From Candidatus Heimdallarchaeota archaeon (GTDB lineage: Archaea > Asgardarchaeota > Heimdallarchaeia > Heimdallarchaeales > Heimdallarchaeaceae): a DNA stretch of 64,000 nt. The stretch lies in NCBI GenBank assembly GCA_019057375.1, contig DXJF01000097.1, positions 1 through 64,000 of the forward strand, read 5' to 3'. This document shows, one piece after another, positions 9,332-19,957 of this stretch. The notes under the pieces are model-generated. The model was not told where the DNA came from, made no database searches, and worked only from the letters and a program-made list of their open reading frames with translations. The first letter of the stretch is position 1. Every line of letters starts with the position of its first letter. The position numbers were made by a program, and so were the translations under genes.

Positions 9332-10534
9332 GTGCCAAGACTGTCAAAAGAAAGATCTGAACCAGATCAAAATGATCCCGCTTATTTAATTTCATACGCT
9401 CATCACTTAGAGAGACAAGCAAGACAGTTAGAAACAGAAAAACAGATGGTAGAAAGTGAAAGATTGAGACTTCAACGAGAAGTAAACAATCTGAAAGTAG
9501 AACTTGAAAGGTTAAGATCTCCTCCGCTTTTTATGGGTTATATCGTGGAAATACTTGATAACAAAACAGCTGTAGTTAGAAGTACAACTGGTCCAAATCT
9601 TGTCGTATCAATCTCACGTCAAGTTGATATAAACAATCTGAAACCTGATACTCGTGTTGCACTAAATCAAAGAACTTTTGCTATTGTAAATATCTTGCCT
9701 GCTTCGTATGATCCCATGGTTCAAAAGATGGAGCTCCTCGAAAAACCAATTGAAAGATATGTGGATATTGGTGGTCTAGATGCTCAGATACAAGAGATTA
9801 AAGAAACAGTTGAATTACCTCTGTTGAAGCCAGAGTTATTTGAGAAAATAGGTATAGATCCTCCAAAAGGAGTGCTTTTACATGGAGCTCCTGGGACTGG
9901 AAAAACTTTACTGGCTAAAGCAGTTGCTAATGAAACTCAAGCCGCTTTTATTCGATTGATAGGGAGTGAGCTTGTGCAAAAATTTATTGGTGATGGTGCA
10001 AGGTTAGTAAGAGAAATTTTCGAATTTGCTAGGGAAAATGCTCCAAGCGTTCTATTTATTGATGAATTAGATGCAATAGGAAGTAGAAGAATAGATCTTG
10101 CCACTAGTGGTGATAGAGAGGTTCAAAGAACCTTAATGCAGCTTCTTTCAGAATTAGATGGTTTCAATGCTAGGGGAGACGTTAAAATTATTGCTGCCAC
10201 TAACAGGATAGATATTTTAGATTCCGCAATGTTAAGACCTGGTAGATTTGATAGAATAATAGAAACACCTATTCCTAATGCAGAAAGTAGAACTGTGATA
10301 TTCAAAATTCACACTAAAAGGATGAATCTTAAAGGAGATATTGATATAGAATATTTGGTTCAAATGACAGAAGGTGGCAGTGGAGCTGACGTCAAAAACA
10401 TCTGTACAGAAGCAGGCATGTTTGCTATACGTGCAGAGAGAGATCACGTTGTAAATCAAGATTTCATTGATGCTATTAAGAAAATCACTGGAGATAAAGA
10501 AACAACTGCCCGAGTAACAACTGGATATATTTGA
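9332..10534 (+). CDS. pan: Proteasome-activating nucleotidase
   Basis: Coiled coil, OB domain, [38 protein letters not shown]. Confidence 0.97.
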   Translation: MPRLSKERSEPDQNDPAYLISYAHHLERQARQLETEKQMVESERLRLQREVNNLKVELERLRSPPLFMGYIVEILDNKTAVVRSTTGPNLVVSISRQVDINNLKPDTRVALNQRTFAIVNILPASYDPMVQKMELLEKPIERYVDIGGLDAQIQEIKETVELPLLKPELFEKIGIDPPKGVLLHGAPGTGKTLLAKAVANETQAAFIRLIGSELVQKFIGDGARLVREIFEFARENAPSVLFIDELDAIGSRRIDLATSGDREVQRTLMQLLSELDGFNARGDVKIIAATNRIDILDSAMLRPGRFDRIIETPIPNAESRTVIFKIHTKRMNLKGDIDIEYLVQMTEGGSGADVKNICTEAGMFAIRAERDHVVNQDFIDAIKKITGDKETTARVTTGYI

Positions 10535-10548
10535 GAATATCCATCTTC

Positions 10549-11079
10549 TTATATTTTATTTAATTTTACTAAACTGTCAAGCAATTTCTTTTGTCTGAAA
10601 AATCCTTGAACAACGTGAGATTCTTTTCCAAATTTTTGAATAAAGTGATCAAGCGTCTCCTTAAAAGAGCATTTATCGTTACCTGATGTAAGATTATCAG
10701 AATATGAAACAATTTCTTCTTCTAGTGTTTCAGGGATGTAATCTTCAGGGGGTAATCCTAGTTTTGTTGCTTCCTCTTTGACTATTCCTGTTCCAATGTG
10801 GTTCTTGACTATTGCAATGATTCTCGAATCAATATTCTCTTTTTCTAGAATTTCAACGCCATTTACTGCATGAAAAATAGACTGATCAATAGATCTACCG
10901 ATGTCATGTAACATAGCCCCAGCAATAGCGATTTTTCTGTTAACTTGTGGTATCTTCAAACAGAACTCTTCAACAATATTTGTAACAGTTAAACAGTGTT
11001 GAATTACAGTATTTGGAGTCTTGTATTTTTTCAGGATATACATGCACTGATTTTTTGTAGGAATACTTGAGTTTTCCAT
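10549..11079 (-). CDS. HD-domain phosphohydrolase (TIGR00295-like)
   Basis: HCLTV...GAMLHDIGRS...HIGTGI...P.TLEEEIVSYSDN. Confidence 0.85.
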   Translation of the reverse strand: MENSSIPTKNQCMYILKKYKTPNTVIQHCLTVTNIVEEFCLKIPQVNRKIAIAGAMLHDIGRSIDQSIFHAVNGVEILEKENIDSRIIAIVKNHIGTGIVKEEATKLGLPPEDYIPETLEEEIVSYSDNLTSGNDKCSFKETLDHFIQKFGKESHVVQGFFRQKKLLDSLVKLNKI

Positions 11080-11190
11080 CTTTCTCTATACTAAAGAATC
11101 TTGTTCATTTTTTATATTTTATTGAAATTCAGTAAAAACCTTATATCAAAACTTTTTTAAGAAAATTTAAGTGACACAACTCGACTGCAA

Positions 11191-11403
11191 ATGCCTAGCG
11201 AAATAACTAAAGATAGATTAGAAGAAATTATTCAGCTAACTATAGACCAGAAAGGTGAATTGAGAACAAAACGTGATAAAGGCGATATCAAGCTCAAATT
11301 CAGAACAAAGAAGAGGCTGTATACAATTAAGCTTCCTCTGAAAGAAGCAGAAGCAATAATTAATGATCTCTCATCAAAAATAGAAGTTGTTTCATTTTCA
11401 TGA
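11191..11403 (+). CDS. rpl38e: Ribosomal protein eL38
   Basis: MPSEI... KLKFRTKKRLYTIK pattern, 70 aa. Confidence 0.8.
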   Translation: MPSEITKDRLEEIIQLTIDQKGELRTKRDKGDIKLKFRTKKRLYTIKLPLKEAEAIINDLSSKIEVVSFS

Positions 11404-11418
11404 GAACTAAGGAGAGAA

Positions 11419-11946
11419 CTACTCTTCATCATCCTTCTTCTTTTTAATTACTACTATATCACCTAGGGTTTGAAAAGGTGAACTCTTTTTTTGATCTTTT
11501 GAGCCGTAAGCTTGAATTTCCTCAGTCATTTTAATGTTGTAGAACTTTTCTAACCTACCAATTAAATCATCTGATGGTCTCATCTTACCAGTTTCAATAC
11601 TTTGTAATTCAGATACAGATATTTTAGTTTGAGTTGAAACTTCTTTCTGAGTAAGTTTCATTTTTTGTCTAGCTAATCTTAGTTTTTCAGCATAATCAGT
11701 AACAAGCTCTTTTTCACTACCAAATCTCCCTCTTCTTTGAGGTTGTGATGAAGTGGATGTTCTTGGAGTATATGCTGAACGTGAAGGTGAGGCTCTAGAA
11801 CTAGAGGTTGGTTTCTTTGGTGATCTCTTAACAACTGGTTTTCCGTGTTTGGCACAAGCTGAACAAACTAATAATTCAGCTCCTTCTATCTTTATTGTAA
11901 TTGGTCTCCCAAATATCTCATTACCGCACATTTCACATGTTGACAA
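11419..11946 (-). CDS. Multiprotein bridging factor aMBF1
   Basis: CEMCG...IEGAELLVCSAC zinc ribbon plus C-terminal Cro/C1 HTH. Confidence 0.92.
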   Translation of the reverse strand: MSTCEMCGNEIFGRPITIKIEGAELLVCSACAKHGKPVVKRSPKKPTSSSRASPSRSAYTPRTSTSSQPQRRGRFGSEKELVTDYAEKLRLARQKMKLTQKEVSTQTKISVSELQSIETGKMRPSDDLIGRLEKFYNIKMTEEIQAYGSKDQKKSSPFQTLGDIVVIKKKKDDEE

Positions 11947-12067
11947 ACTTATTCACCATAGGAGATTGAATTTAAACTGATAAATAAAGACAAATTCAAA
12001 AACATTTTTCTATAAGCGTAAATAGACTTGATATAGCTAAAGATTAATGTATTTAAGAAGAATGTAG

Positions 12068-12421
12068 GTGATATTCGTGGATTTCTGTCCTAAATGTGGA
12101 AAATTACTTCATACTGAAAAAAATAATAATAATGAAACCATTCTAATTTGCCTTAAATGCGGGTTTAAACGTGGTTTAGGTGAAAATGAAGAAGTAGCCT
12201 TTACTGAAGAAGTCAAACACAACTTAGTTAAAGAGATGACAACAGTATTTGATGAAACACAAGCAGATTCAACAAAACCTACAGAAGATAAGTATTGCGA
12301 AGACTGTAAAAAGATTCAAAAAGTCAGTTTCTGGATGATACAAACAAGAAGTGCTGATGAATCTCCAACAAGATTCTTCCGTTGCACCAAATGTGATAAA
12401 ACTTGGAGAGAATACGATTAA
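12068..12421 (+). CDS. tfs: Transcription factor S (TFS/RpoM)
   Basis: Two zinc ribbons; QTRSADESPTRFFRC acidic hairpin. Confidence 0.93.
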   Translation: MIFVDFCPKCGKLLHTEKNNNNETILICLKCGFKRGLGENEEVAFTEEVKHNLVKEMTTVFDETQADSTKPTEDKYCEDCKKIQKVSFWMIQTRSADESPTRFFRCTKCDKTWREYD

Positions 12422-12784
12422 TTGGATGTAACTTCAATGAGTGAATCAGATCCTGAAATAACCTACAAAGCTAAACCGTTTGTTGATGTAAATATTGCAG
12501 AGATTCAAAAATCTGGTAAATACCGAATAGTGGGTAAGATAGCAGAAATTACAGATTCAACTATAATAATTGATGATGGATTTGAACAAATTACAATAAT
12601 CCTGCCAGAAAATATTAATGTTGAACTTAAGGAAGGTTTACAAATACGAGCTCTTGGTTATGTGGAATTGCATCCTGAGAAACAAATGAGGGGTTCATTT
12701 ATTCAGAATTTCAACGATGTAGATTTAGAAGTTTACAGGCAAATAAATGAACTTGAGCAATCCTTAAGAAGAGTTAATCCATGA
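12422..12784 (+). CDS. Replication protein A small subunit (Rpa3/RPA14-like OB fold)
   Basis: RIVGKI...IIDDG...IRALGYV...IQNFNDVDLEVYRQINELE resembles archaeal Rpa3. Confidence 0.7.
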   Translation: MDVTSMSESDPEITYKAKPFVDVNIAEIQKSGKYRIVGKIAEITDSTIIIDDGFEQITIILPENINVELKEGLQIRALGYVELHPEKQMRGSFIQNFNDVDLEVYRQINELEQSLRRVNP

Positions 12785-12875
12785 TAGGTTTTGATAGACG
12801 ATTCCCTTATATAGTGAAAAATTAAACAAAGAGAAAGAGGTAAATTAATAATTTAAGCAAAAGTATTGGGGTATA

Positions 12876-13664
12876 ATGATGGCTTTTCAAATGGTATTAG
12901 AAGACGCGAAATTGATGTCCAATATAGTGTCAATTATAAGTTCAATAGTTGCAGAAAGCAGAATAAATGTTGAAGAAGATGGTATCCGAATTAAAGCATT
13001 TGATGCAACTCGTATTTCCATGATAGATTTCTTCATGAAAAAGGAAGCTTTTCAAAAGTATGAAGCTAAGGATGCTGGTCCTATAGGATTGAGTTTGGAA
13101 ACATTAAATACAATATTAAAAACAGCAAAGGCTAACGAGCATCTCAGAATGGCTTTCGATGATACAATAAAAAGATTTATTGTAGAATTTATAGGAAAAA
13201 ATCAGCAAAGAAAATTTGCTCTATCAGTAATTGATATTCCAGAAGAAGGAAATATTCCAGATTCCATTCACATTGATTTTGATACAAATTTTGAGGTTAA
13301 AGCATCTTTTATTCAGCAAGTTCTAAAAGATGCAGAAATGGTAAGTGATTACTTAAAAATAAGAGCAAAGGAAGAAGGTATCTTCTTTGGAGCAGAAAGT
13401 GATACAAAGGAAATGGATACATTCATTGAACCTCAAAGTGAAGAAATGGAAACAGGAGCTTTTCTAGTTTCAGGAGAATCTGAAGCAATGTACTCACTTG
13501 ATTTTCTTTCAAACTTTCTAAGAAGCATACGTTCTTCTGATTATGTTCGAATGTCATTCAATCAAGAACAACCAATTAGATTGGTGTATGAAATTGAAGA
13601 TAAAGGACATCTGATTTACTTTGTTGCACCAAGAATAGAAGAAAGTGAAGAAATCGAGGATTAA
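12876..13664 (+). CDS. pcn: PCNA sliding clamp
   Basis: GIRIKAFDATRISMID, MYSLDFL, PIRLVYE...LIYFVAPRIE. Confidence 0.95.
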   Translation: MMAFQMVLEDAKLMSNIVSIISSIVAESRINVEEDGIRIKAFDATRISMIDFFMKKEAFQKYEAKDAGPIGLSLETLNTILKTAKANEHLRMAFDDTIKRFIVEFIGKNQQRKFALSVIDIPEEGNIPDSIHIDFDTNFEVKASFIQQVLKDAEMVSDYLKIRAKEEGIFFGAESDTKEMDTFIEPQSEEMETGAFLVSGESEAMYSLDFLSNFLRSIRSSDYVRMSFNQEQPIRLVYEIEDKGHLIYFVAPRIEESEEIED

Positions 13665-13729
13665 GAAGGAAGCTAAAACTAAAGAGGGAGATTATTCTTT
13701 ATTTCTTATTAATTGACTGAGGAAGCACT

Positions 13730-14308
13730 GTGTTTGATAAAATACAAAATAAATGGAAAGAGGAACGGGAAAAAGAATTACTAACTCCCATGAATGAAGC
13801 TTTCTATGGTGCTATGAGAGATTTTTTGAAAGTGAGAACAGTCCGAACTAAAGAAGAAATTAATCCTCTTATCAAGAAGATACTAGAAGAGAGATTAAAT
13901 CGATTAAAATATGTGATTAATGATTTACTAAAACTTAGAACAAGTAAAATTATCCAAATTGTTATGAGTAAACAAGAGATAAACGTGAATCTTGCAAGAG
14001 AAGAGCAAAATTTCTATGAAAGAATGAAGCAAATATATGATGTTTATCGAAAAGATGTTTTTTCACCAAAAGATATCGCATACACTGATTTGAGCTTACC
14101 CTCAGTAGGTAGTGAAGTTACAGATTTAGATGATGAGATAGATTTTGTGGCAGTTAGATTTATACAAAGTACAAAAGAGAAAATCAAAGGTTTGGATGGT
14201 AAAACATATGGGCCATTTGAACTTGAAGATGTTTGTTTACTACCGAAAGAAAACGCGATAGGTCTTGTAAGAAAAGAAATTGCTGAAAATATTGAATTAA
14301 AAGAGTGA
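13730..14308 (+). CDS. GINS subunit (Gins15/Gins51)
   Basis: LLKLRTSKII, NLAREEQNFY, B-domain GLDGKTYGPF...DVCLLPKENA. Confidence 0.85.
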   Translation: MFDKIQNKWKEEREKELLTPMNEAFYGAMRDFLKVRTVRTKEEINPLIKKILEERLNRLKYVINDLLKLRTSKIIQIVMSKQEINVNLAREEQNFYERMKQIYDVYRKDVFSPKDIAYTDLSLPSVGSEVTDLDDEIDFVAVRFIQSTKEKIKGLDGKTYGPFELEDVCLLPKENAIGLVRKEIAENIELKE

Positions 14309-14320
14309 AATTTCTTAATA

Positions 14321-14506
14321 TTATGATAGTACTTCTACTATCTCACCCAATATTTTAGCTTTACCACCAAGAGGTTGAGCTAAATCTTCTTCACATACAT
14401 TGCATTTAACCACAATTTTAGCAGAATCAAATATTACTTGCTCATTGTTACAGCTAGTGCATTTAACCTTCAGGAATTTTGTTGTTGGATAAGGTACTTT
14501 AGACAT
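14321..14506 (-). CDS. rps27e: Ribosomal protein eS27 (start at MSKVP)
   Basis: KFLKVKCTSCNNEQVIF...VKCNVC..LAQPLGGKAKI. Confidence 0.96.
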   Translation of the reverse strand: MSKVPYPTTKFLKVKCTSCNNEQVIFDSAKIVVKCNVCEEDLAQPLGGKAKILGEIVEVLS

Positions 14507-14586
14507 GATTGAGTTTTGAGAACTACTCTTTAAAAAAATGTTGTTATAAAACAAGTTTAAAAAAACATTACAAAATTAAAGAAAAA

Positions 14587-14701
14587 TGGTGCGGGGAGGG
14601 AGATTCGAACTCCCGAACCACTAAGGAACGGATGTCCCATCTAGCCAATGACTCTTGATAGATCTTGAGTCCGTCATCGTTGACCACTTGATTATCCCCG
14701 C
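14587..14701 (-). tRNA. tRNA-Leu(CAA) with 30-nt intron at 37/38
   Basis: GCGGGGA/TCCCCGC acceptor; ACGGA-CTCAAG[intron]A-TCCGT; BHB helix CTCA/TGGG; long variable arm; ACCA. Confidence 0.95.
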
Positions 14702-14747
14702 AGTTATGAGAGTCTCAACGATATTTGAGAAATTCAGCCATACTTAT

Positions 14748-16001
14748 TTAATCTTTTCTTCTTTTAGTTCGGTAGTAGAGTACAGCTAATGGTAAAAACA
14801 CAATTGCTATCAGTGAAGAAATAGAACCATATGATGCTTCTTTACTATCGCCAACATATTTCACCAAAGTAAAATTAGTATTTTCATTTCCCCAAGCATC
14901 AACAACAGCAATAGTAACATTATAATCCCGTTTCTCTTCAATTGATAAATTCAATATGTAATCCCAAGAGTTTAGCATGGTTGCTACATGACTTCCCCAT
15001 TTTTTCAAATCTTCATCTACATAGCAATAATAGTTAAAATCTGATCTATCACTTAATTCAAAAATCACATCAACAGTTGCTTCATCCGTGTAGTATATTT
15101 CATTCTGACTATTAATGATAGGTCCTTCAACATCATCTTCCCAGACATATTTCTCATGGTTTAGGATGAAATCTGTAGCGTTTAAGGTTAAATCATAATA
15201 TAAGTTATTTACGACTGTTGGCATGGGGTAATTCTCTGTGTAACCTGCTATTGCCCCTATATATTCCACTAAGTCAGGAAATGCTTCAAATGTTTCATTG
15301 TAACAATTTCTGATAAGTGGCAATGAATACAAATACATCTCATTTAAACTTATTACACCATCAAGAGACGAATCGGCAGAAATATTTGTCAATGCTTTAG
15401 CCCAGAAATGTGAGGATATGCCTCCCGCAAAAGTAGGTTCACTTAAAATCCATGTACCATTTTCGTCAGGGATAAAAGCGACAGCAAGTTCGAATGGGCT
15501 TACACTACTCATTGCATAGCATTTTCCTGAAAAAAGTCTCACAAATTCTCCACCATAGCAAGATTCCATCAAATAGACTTTATTAGCTGTTCCAATTTGA
15601 TCGAACTCTGCTTGAAACCAGTTGTTGAAATCCAATACATCTCGACAATAAGTGTGACCATGAGCCGTGATGTAAATAAAAACTAAATCATTTTCATCAA
15701 CTTCCTGTTCCAAATAATTCAGTTGCTCAAGGAAAATTGCTTTTGTGAGATTTTCATCTCCTATAAACAAAGAAATGTTGTCATCAGACCATCCTAGTTG
15801 GAGAAGAGAATCTTTCAATTCAATAGCGGATCCCATAAGTGTACCATTTACTTCAACTGCAAATTGATCAAAAAGAATTGCATAGGTTTCAATTGGATTA
15901 TCTAAATTTTCGGTATCTAATGAGTAAACCTGTGATTCACTAGAAAACAGAAAGAAGAATATTACAAGGACAATGATAGTCTTTCGGAAAGCAATCTTCA
16001 T
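14748..16001 (-). CDS. Secreted, membrane-anchored clan CD (caspase/legumain-like) cysteine peptidase
   Basis: Signal peptide; VFIYITAHG and YLMESCYGG His/Cys dyad; C-terminal TM plus RTKRRKD. Confidence 0.7.
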   Translation of the reverse strand: MKIAFRKTIIVLVIFFFLFSSESQVYSLDTENLDNPIETYAILFDQFAVEVNGTLMGSAIELKDSLLQLGWSDDNISLFIGDENLTKAIFLEQLNYLEQEVDENDLVFIYITAHGHTYCRDVLDFNNWFQAEFDQIGTANKVYLMESCYGGEFVRLFSGKCYAMSSVSPFELAVAFIPDENGTWILSEPTFAGGISSHFWAKALTNISADSSLDGVISLNEMYLYSLPLIRNCYNETFEAFPDLVEYIGAIAGYTENYPMPTVVNNLYYDLTLNATDFILNHEKYVWEDDVEGPIINSQNEIYYTDEATVDVIFELSDRSDFNYYCYVDEDLKKWGSHVATMLNSWDYILNLSIEEKRDYNVTIAVVDAWGNENTNFTLVKYVGDSKEASYGSISSLIAIVFLPLAVLYYRTKRRKD

Positions 16002-16039
16002 TATTCATTATCAATTTAAGCACTTATATTTATTCTGAA

Positions 16040-17224
16040 CTATAACTTTAGTAATGTTAATTCTAATTGTCTATCAGAGAGAAACTCACAACCTTCTTTT
16101 GTTACTATAACATCCTCTTCAACGCTACAGTAACCATGATTTTCGACATAGACATGAAGTTCTAAGGTAAATGCTTGTCCTTCCTCAACCTTGTACATTA
16201 CAGATTTACCATATTTCTCCCATCTTGGACCTAAAAGACATCCACCGTCGTGAACATTGCGACCAATTTGATGTCCAAGTGCATGCATGAATTCTTGGTA
16301 TCCTGCATCAGTAACTACTTTACGGGCAGCATAATCAACTTCCCAACCCAGAATGCCTGGTTTTAGTTTTTCAGCTCCAATATTTATGGCTTTAATTACA
16401 GTTTCGAAAGCTCTTCTTACTTCTGTTGGAGGAATATCTTCACCATCTTGTAATACATAGTTCATTCTTTGGAGGTCTGATGCATATCCCTCATAAAAGA
16501 CGCCGTAATCAACATTAATTAAATCCCCTTTCTTGATTTTAATGTCGGGAGATGCTTTTCCATGTCCTATTGATGTAGCTGGACCAACATGGACTAAAGG
16601 AGGGTAAGAAACAGTTAGATTATTTTCTTTAGTAAATTTCAAGAGCATTTCTTCTATTTCTTCTTCAGACATACCAATTCTTGCAGTCTCACTAATTTTT
16701 TTGTGTCCTAATTCACTAAAATCAACAGCTTTTCTTATTTTTTCTAGTTCTAGTTCTGTTTTTCTCCCTCTTAAAGCTGCAAGAAGACCCTCTGAAGAAA
16801 TTAGCTTTCTAAGATATTCTGTACCTTCTAGCATTTTGTTTAATCTAAGCCACATACCATGTGTTAATCCATCTGCCGCAATATTATCAAAAGAATAATT
16901 AATAGCTATATTTTTTGGTTTAAGTTCGTTTAAAACTGCAAGGAGTTCTTCTTTTATGCTTTGATCATAACTTATGACTTTATCATAAATTCCTGATGCT
17001 TCTATATTCTGAGCATCATATCTTCCACAAATGACAATTTTTTGACCACTTCTACTAATAATAATAGCTGATTGCCAAGTTAACCAAGTATCTTCTAGAA
17101 GAAAATACAAGCTTGGGTCATGAATTTCTGATGTTTTTCTAACATATGTTAACCACAAATCTATACTTAATTCGTTTAAAATCTCAACAGCTTGATTTGT
17201 TTTTTGCTTTACTATACTCATCAA
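16040..17224 (-). CDS. Xaa-Pro aminopeptidase (M24)
   Basis: DYGVFYEGYASDLQR, HALGHQIG..VHD, TLE, VEEDV. Confidence 0.9.
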   Translation of the reverse strand: MMSIVKQKTNQAVEILNELSIDLWLTYVRKTSEIHDPSLYFLLEDTWLTWQSAIIISRSGQKIVICGRYDAQNIEASGIYDKVISYDQSIKEELLAVLNELKPKNIAINYSFDNIAADGLTHGMWLRLNKMLEGTEYLRKLISSEGLLAALRGRKTELELEKIRKAVDFSELGHKKISETARIGMSEEEIEEMLLKFTKENNLTVSYPPLVHVGPATSIGHGKASPDIKIKKGDLINVDYGVFYEGYASDLQRMNYVLQDGEDIPPTEVRRAFETVIKAINIGAEKLKPGILGWEVDYAARKVVTDAGYQEFMHALGHQIGRNVHDGGCLLGPRWEKYGKSVMYKVEEGQAFTLELHVYVENHGYCSVEEDVIVTKEGCEFLSDRQLELTLLKL

Positions 17225-17395
17225 AATGCTATTTCTTCTTCCTCTTTATTTATTTTTTTACTGCATGTAAGATTACATTATATGAAGAATTCACAAGTAT
17301 TTTATTTTATGTTAAAAATAATTACCCACATAAGAGAAAATTAAAGAAGGCTTAAATACATAATATTTTGTTAAATATATTATAATTTATTATGT

Positions 17396-18022
17396 GTGAG
17401 ATTGTCTATGTCTAGGGAAGCAGTTGATAATTTTGATGAGGATACAGATGTCAATTCTGTTAAAATGGCATCAAAAATAAATATTTCAGAACGACAAAGA
17501 CAAACTCTCATAGAAGTTGTTGATGATATCGCAGGAGAAGAGGTAAGACAAGTTACATTAGTTCTGCTGAATGCTGATCAAGAAACTACTGATGAGGAAA
17601 TTTCTGAAAAACTTGATATGCGTTTAAACCAAGTGAGAAAATCTCTCTATAAATTATATGATCTCCAGCTTGCAACTTTTAGAAGGATTAGAGATAAGTC
17701 CACTGGGTGGTTTGTTTATTTCTGGACTTTGCATCCTGAAAGGATTGACATGTTTGTTGAGAAAAAGCAGCAAGAAGTTATGGAGAAACTACAAGAAAGA
17801 TTGGATTACGAAGAAGGAAATATGTTTTTTACATGCAATAATCCTGAATGCCCAAGAGTTACTTTTCAAGAAGCAATGGATAACAATTTTGAGTGTGAGC
17901 ACTGTAATGGGAGATTAGAAGCTTTTGATAATGAGCAGCTAAAACAAGTGTTAAGGGAAAAGATAACCGAGATGAAAGAGATAAGAGACAAAACTAGAAA
18001 AATAATGAAAGGAGAAAAATAA
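17396..18022 (+). CDS. tfe: Transcription factor E alpha
   Basis: TDEEISEKLDMRLNQVRKSLYKL, RDKSTGWFVYFW, zinc ribbon C..EC...C.HC. Confidence 0.95.
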   Translation: MRLSMSREAVDNFDEDTDVNSVKMASKINISERQRQTLIEVVDDIAGEEVRQVTLVLLNADQETTDEEISEKLDMRLNQVRKSLYKLYDLQLATFRRIRDKSTGWFVYFWTLHPERIDMFVEKKQQEVMEKLQERLDYEEGNMFFTCNNPECPRVTFQEAMDNNFECEHCNGRLEAFDNEQLKQVLREKITEMKEIRDKTRKIMKGEK

Positions 18023-18037
18023 TACATTTATTTCATC

Positions 18038-18721
18038 TTAGCTAAATCTCAACCGAATTGAATCACTTTCTAATTCTTTTATAGCATCTCTAGCAATCCA
18101 TTTTGCACTTTTGGAATCTTTTTTCTGAATCTCCTTTGCTAATTCAATTGCTTTTTTGTTTAGATTTAAGTTTCTCTTTCCAATTTGTCTCAAAGCCCAA
18201 TTTACTGCTTTTTTTACATTGTTTCTGTCATCAATTGATTCCTTTTCAATAAAAGGAAAGAATTGAAGCAATTTTTTATCATCTGCTTCTTTATCTTTCC
18301 AAGCAAAAACAGCGATTAATGCGAATGCTGCTCTTTTTACAAATTCTTCTTTTCTACTACTCCATTCAATTGCTTTTGTATATGCATAATCTGTAAGATA
18401 GAAAAGATTCATACAAGTCTGATCAACAATTTCCCAATATGAGAAATATGGAGAAGAAACCCATTCTTCCATTTGAGTTTGTGTTACTTGTGAAGGATTA
18501 TCAATCATTGCACCCAAAATCATGGTCTCTCTATACCCTAAATCCCATAATTGTTGAGCAAGCTTGTGATTCTTTTTAATTTTCTTTGCCATTTTACGTA
18601 GAATTGGTATTCTTACTCCAAAAACCTTATCCGGGTTTATACCAAACCTTATCATTCCTTCTACATTGGTTGGATTACCTTGAGATTTTAATTCGCTCAA
18701 TATTTCTTCAAGATTCATCAT
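18038..18721 (-). CDS. DNA alkylation repair protein (AlkD-like)
   Basis: GVRIPILRKMAK, WEIVDQTC, DDRNNVKKAVNWALRQIGKRN. Confidence 0.9.
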   Translation of the reverse strand: MMNLEEILSELKSQGNPTNVEGMIRFGINPDKVFGVRIPILRKMAKKIKKNHKLAQQLWDLGYRETMILGAMIDNPSQVTQTQMEEWVSSPYFSYWEIVDQTCMNLFYLTDYAYTKAIEWSSRKEEFVKRAAFALIAVFAWKDKEADDKKLLQFFPFIEKESIDDRNNVKKAVNWALRQIGKRNLNLNKKAIELAKEIQKKDSKSAKWIARDAIKELESDSIRLRFS

Positions 18722-18837
18722 AATCTAATACTAAACTAGTTTTGAGAATATAAAATTATAATCCATATTTTTTGAATAATCAATAAAGTTTATTTGATGC
18801 TATTTTCATTTTTACAAGAATAAAAGGTGTTTCTATT

Positions 18838-19386
18838 ATGATTCCTGATTTAAAAAGAGCACAAGAAGAGGTTAAGAATGCTGGTTTAAATGACCTAGTA
18901 ATTAAACTGGATCATGTTGCTTATCGAGTTAAAATGGGACAAAGAGAAAAAGCAATGGCAGAAATTGCAGACTTAGTCCCCTACAAGGAGTACAAAACTT
19001 TCAAAGTTATTTCAATGAAGGCAATAACAAGCACACTTAAGCTTCATGATACGTTACCTGTAATAGTTATAAGTGAAGGTATAGCAAAAGATTCTATAGT
19101 TGAAAACTATGTAAAGAAATATGGCGGAAGAATACATCATCTTGCATATTTAGTACGTAACATAGAAAAAGTAGTAGAAATTCAAAAGAACAAAGGAGTA
19201 AAATTCACTACAGATGATATAATCGGGAGCGAAGAAGAGGGAATTAAACAAATATTCACTTTACCTACTGAAACAGCTAATCATATCATTGAATACATCC
19301 AGCGTTTTGGTGATTTTGATGGCTTTTTCACACCTTCAAACATAGGTGCTCTGATGAAATCAACTGAAAAATTAGGAGAAGCATGA
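18838..19386 (+). CDS. VOC/glyoxalase superfamily protein
   Basis: LDHVAY, YVKKYGGRIHHLAY, QIFT...IIEYIQR. Confidence 0.8.
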   Translation: MIPDLKRAQEEVKNAGLNDLVIKLDHVAYRVKMGQREKAMAEIADLVPYKEYKTFKVISMKAITSTLKLHDTLPVIVISEGIAKDSIVENYVKKYGGRIHHLAYLVRNIEKVVEIQKNKGVKFTTDDIIGSEEEGIKQIFTLPTETANHIIEYIQRFGDFDGFFTPSNIGALMKSTEKLGEA

Positions 19387-19428
19387 AGATATCAAGAAAA
19401 ATTTATTTGTTGTTATTCTTTAAACAGA

Positions 19429-19950
19429 ATGAGATATATGAAAAAACTACAAGAAAGTCCAAACTCAGCTCTCTATCCCAATCCGGTAATGCTAGTATCA
19501 GTGACTCATGATGAGAAAGAATCCATTATCACTTTAGCTTGGGGAGGAACAAGTAGTTCTAATCCTCCCTATGTTTCTATAGCAATTAGAAAAGCAAGAT
19601 TTTCTTATGATTTAATAAAAAATTCTAAGGAATTTGTGCTTAATATTCCTACAGCAGAAATGCTTGCTCAGGTAGAATTCTGTGGAACAAAATCAGGTAG
19701 AGACTTTAACAAGTGGAAAGAATGCGATTTCACCAAAGGTAAAAGCGTTGAAATTAATACCCCCTACATAATTGAATGTCCAGTGAGTATGGAATGTAAG
19801 CTACATCAAGTTATTGACCTTGGTACTCATGATTTGTTCATAGGAGAAGTAGTAGCGGTTCATCTGGATGAAGAATGGAAAGAAAAAGGATACCCAGATA
19901 TGCTCACCTATACCAGAGGGAAATACAAAAAATGCATAGATATTAACTAA
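19429..19950 (+). CDS. Flavin reductase-like FMN-binding protein
   Basis: YPNPVMLVS, EFVLNIP, CGTKSGR, HDLFIGEVV. Confidence 0.9.
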   Translation: MRYMKKLQESPNSALYPNPVMLVSVTHDEKESIITLAWGGTSSSNPPYVSIAIRKARFSYDLIKNSKEFVLNIPTAEMLAQVEFCGTKSGRDFNKWKECDFTKGKSVEINTPYIIECPVSMECKLHQVIDLGTHDLFIGEVVAVHLDEEWKEKGYPDMLTYTRGKYKKCIDIN

Positions 19951-19957
19951 GAAGATA

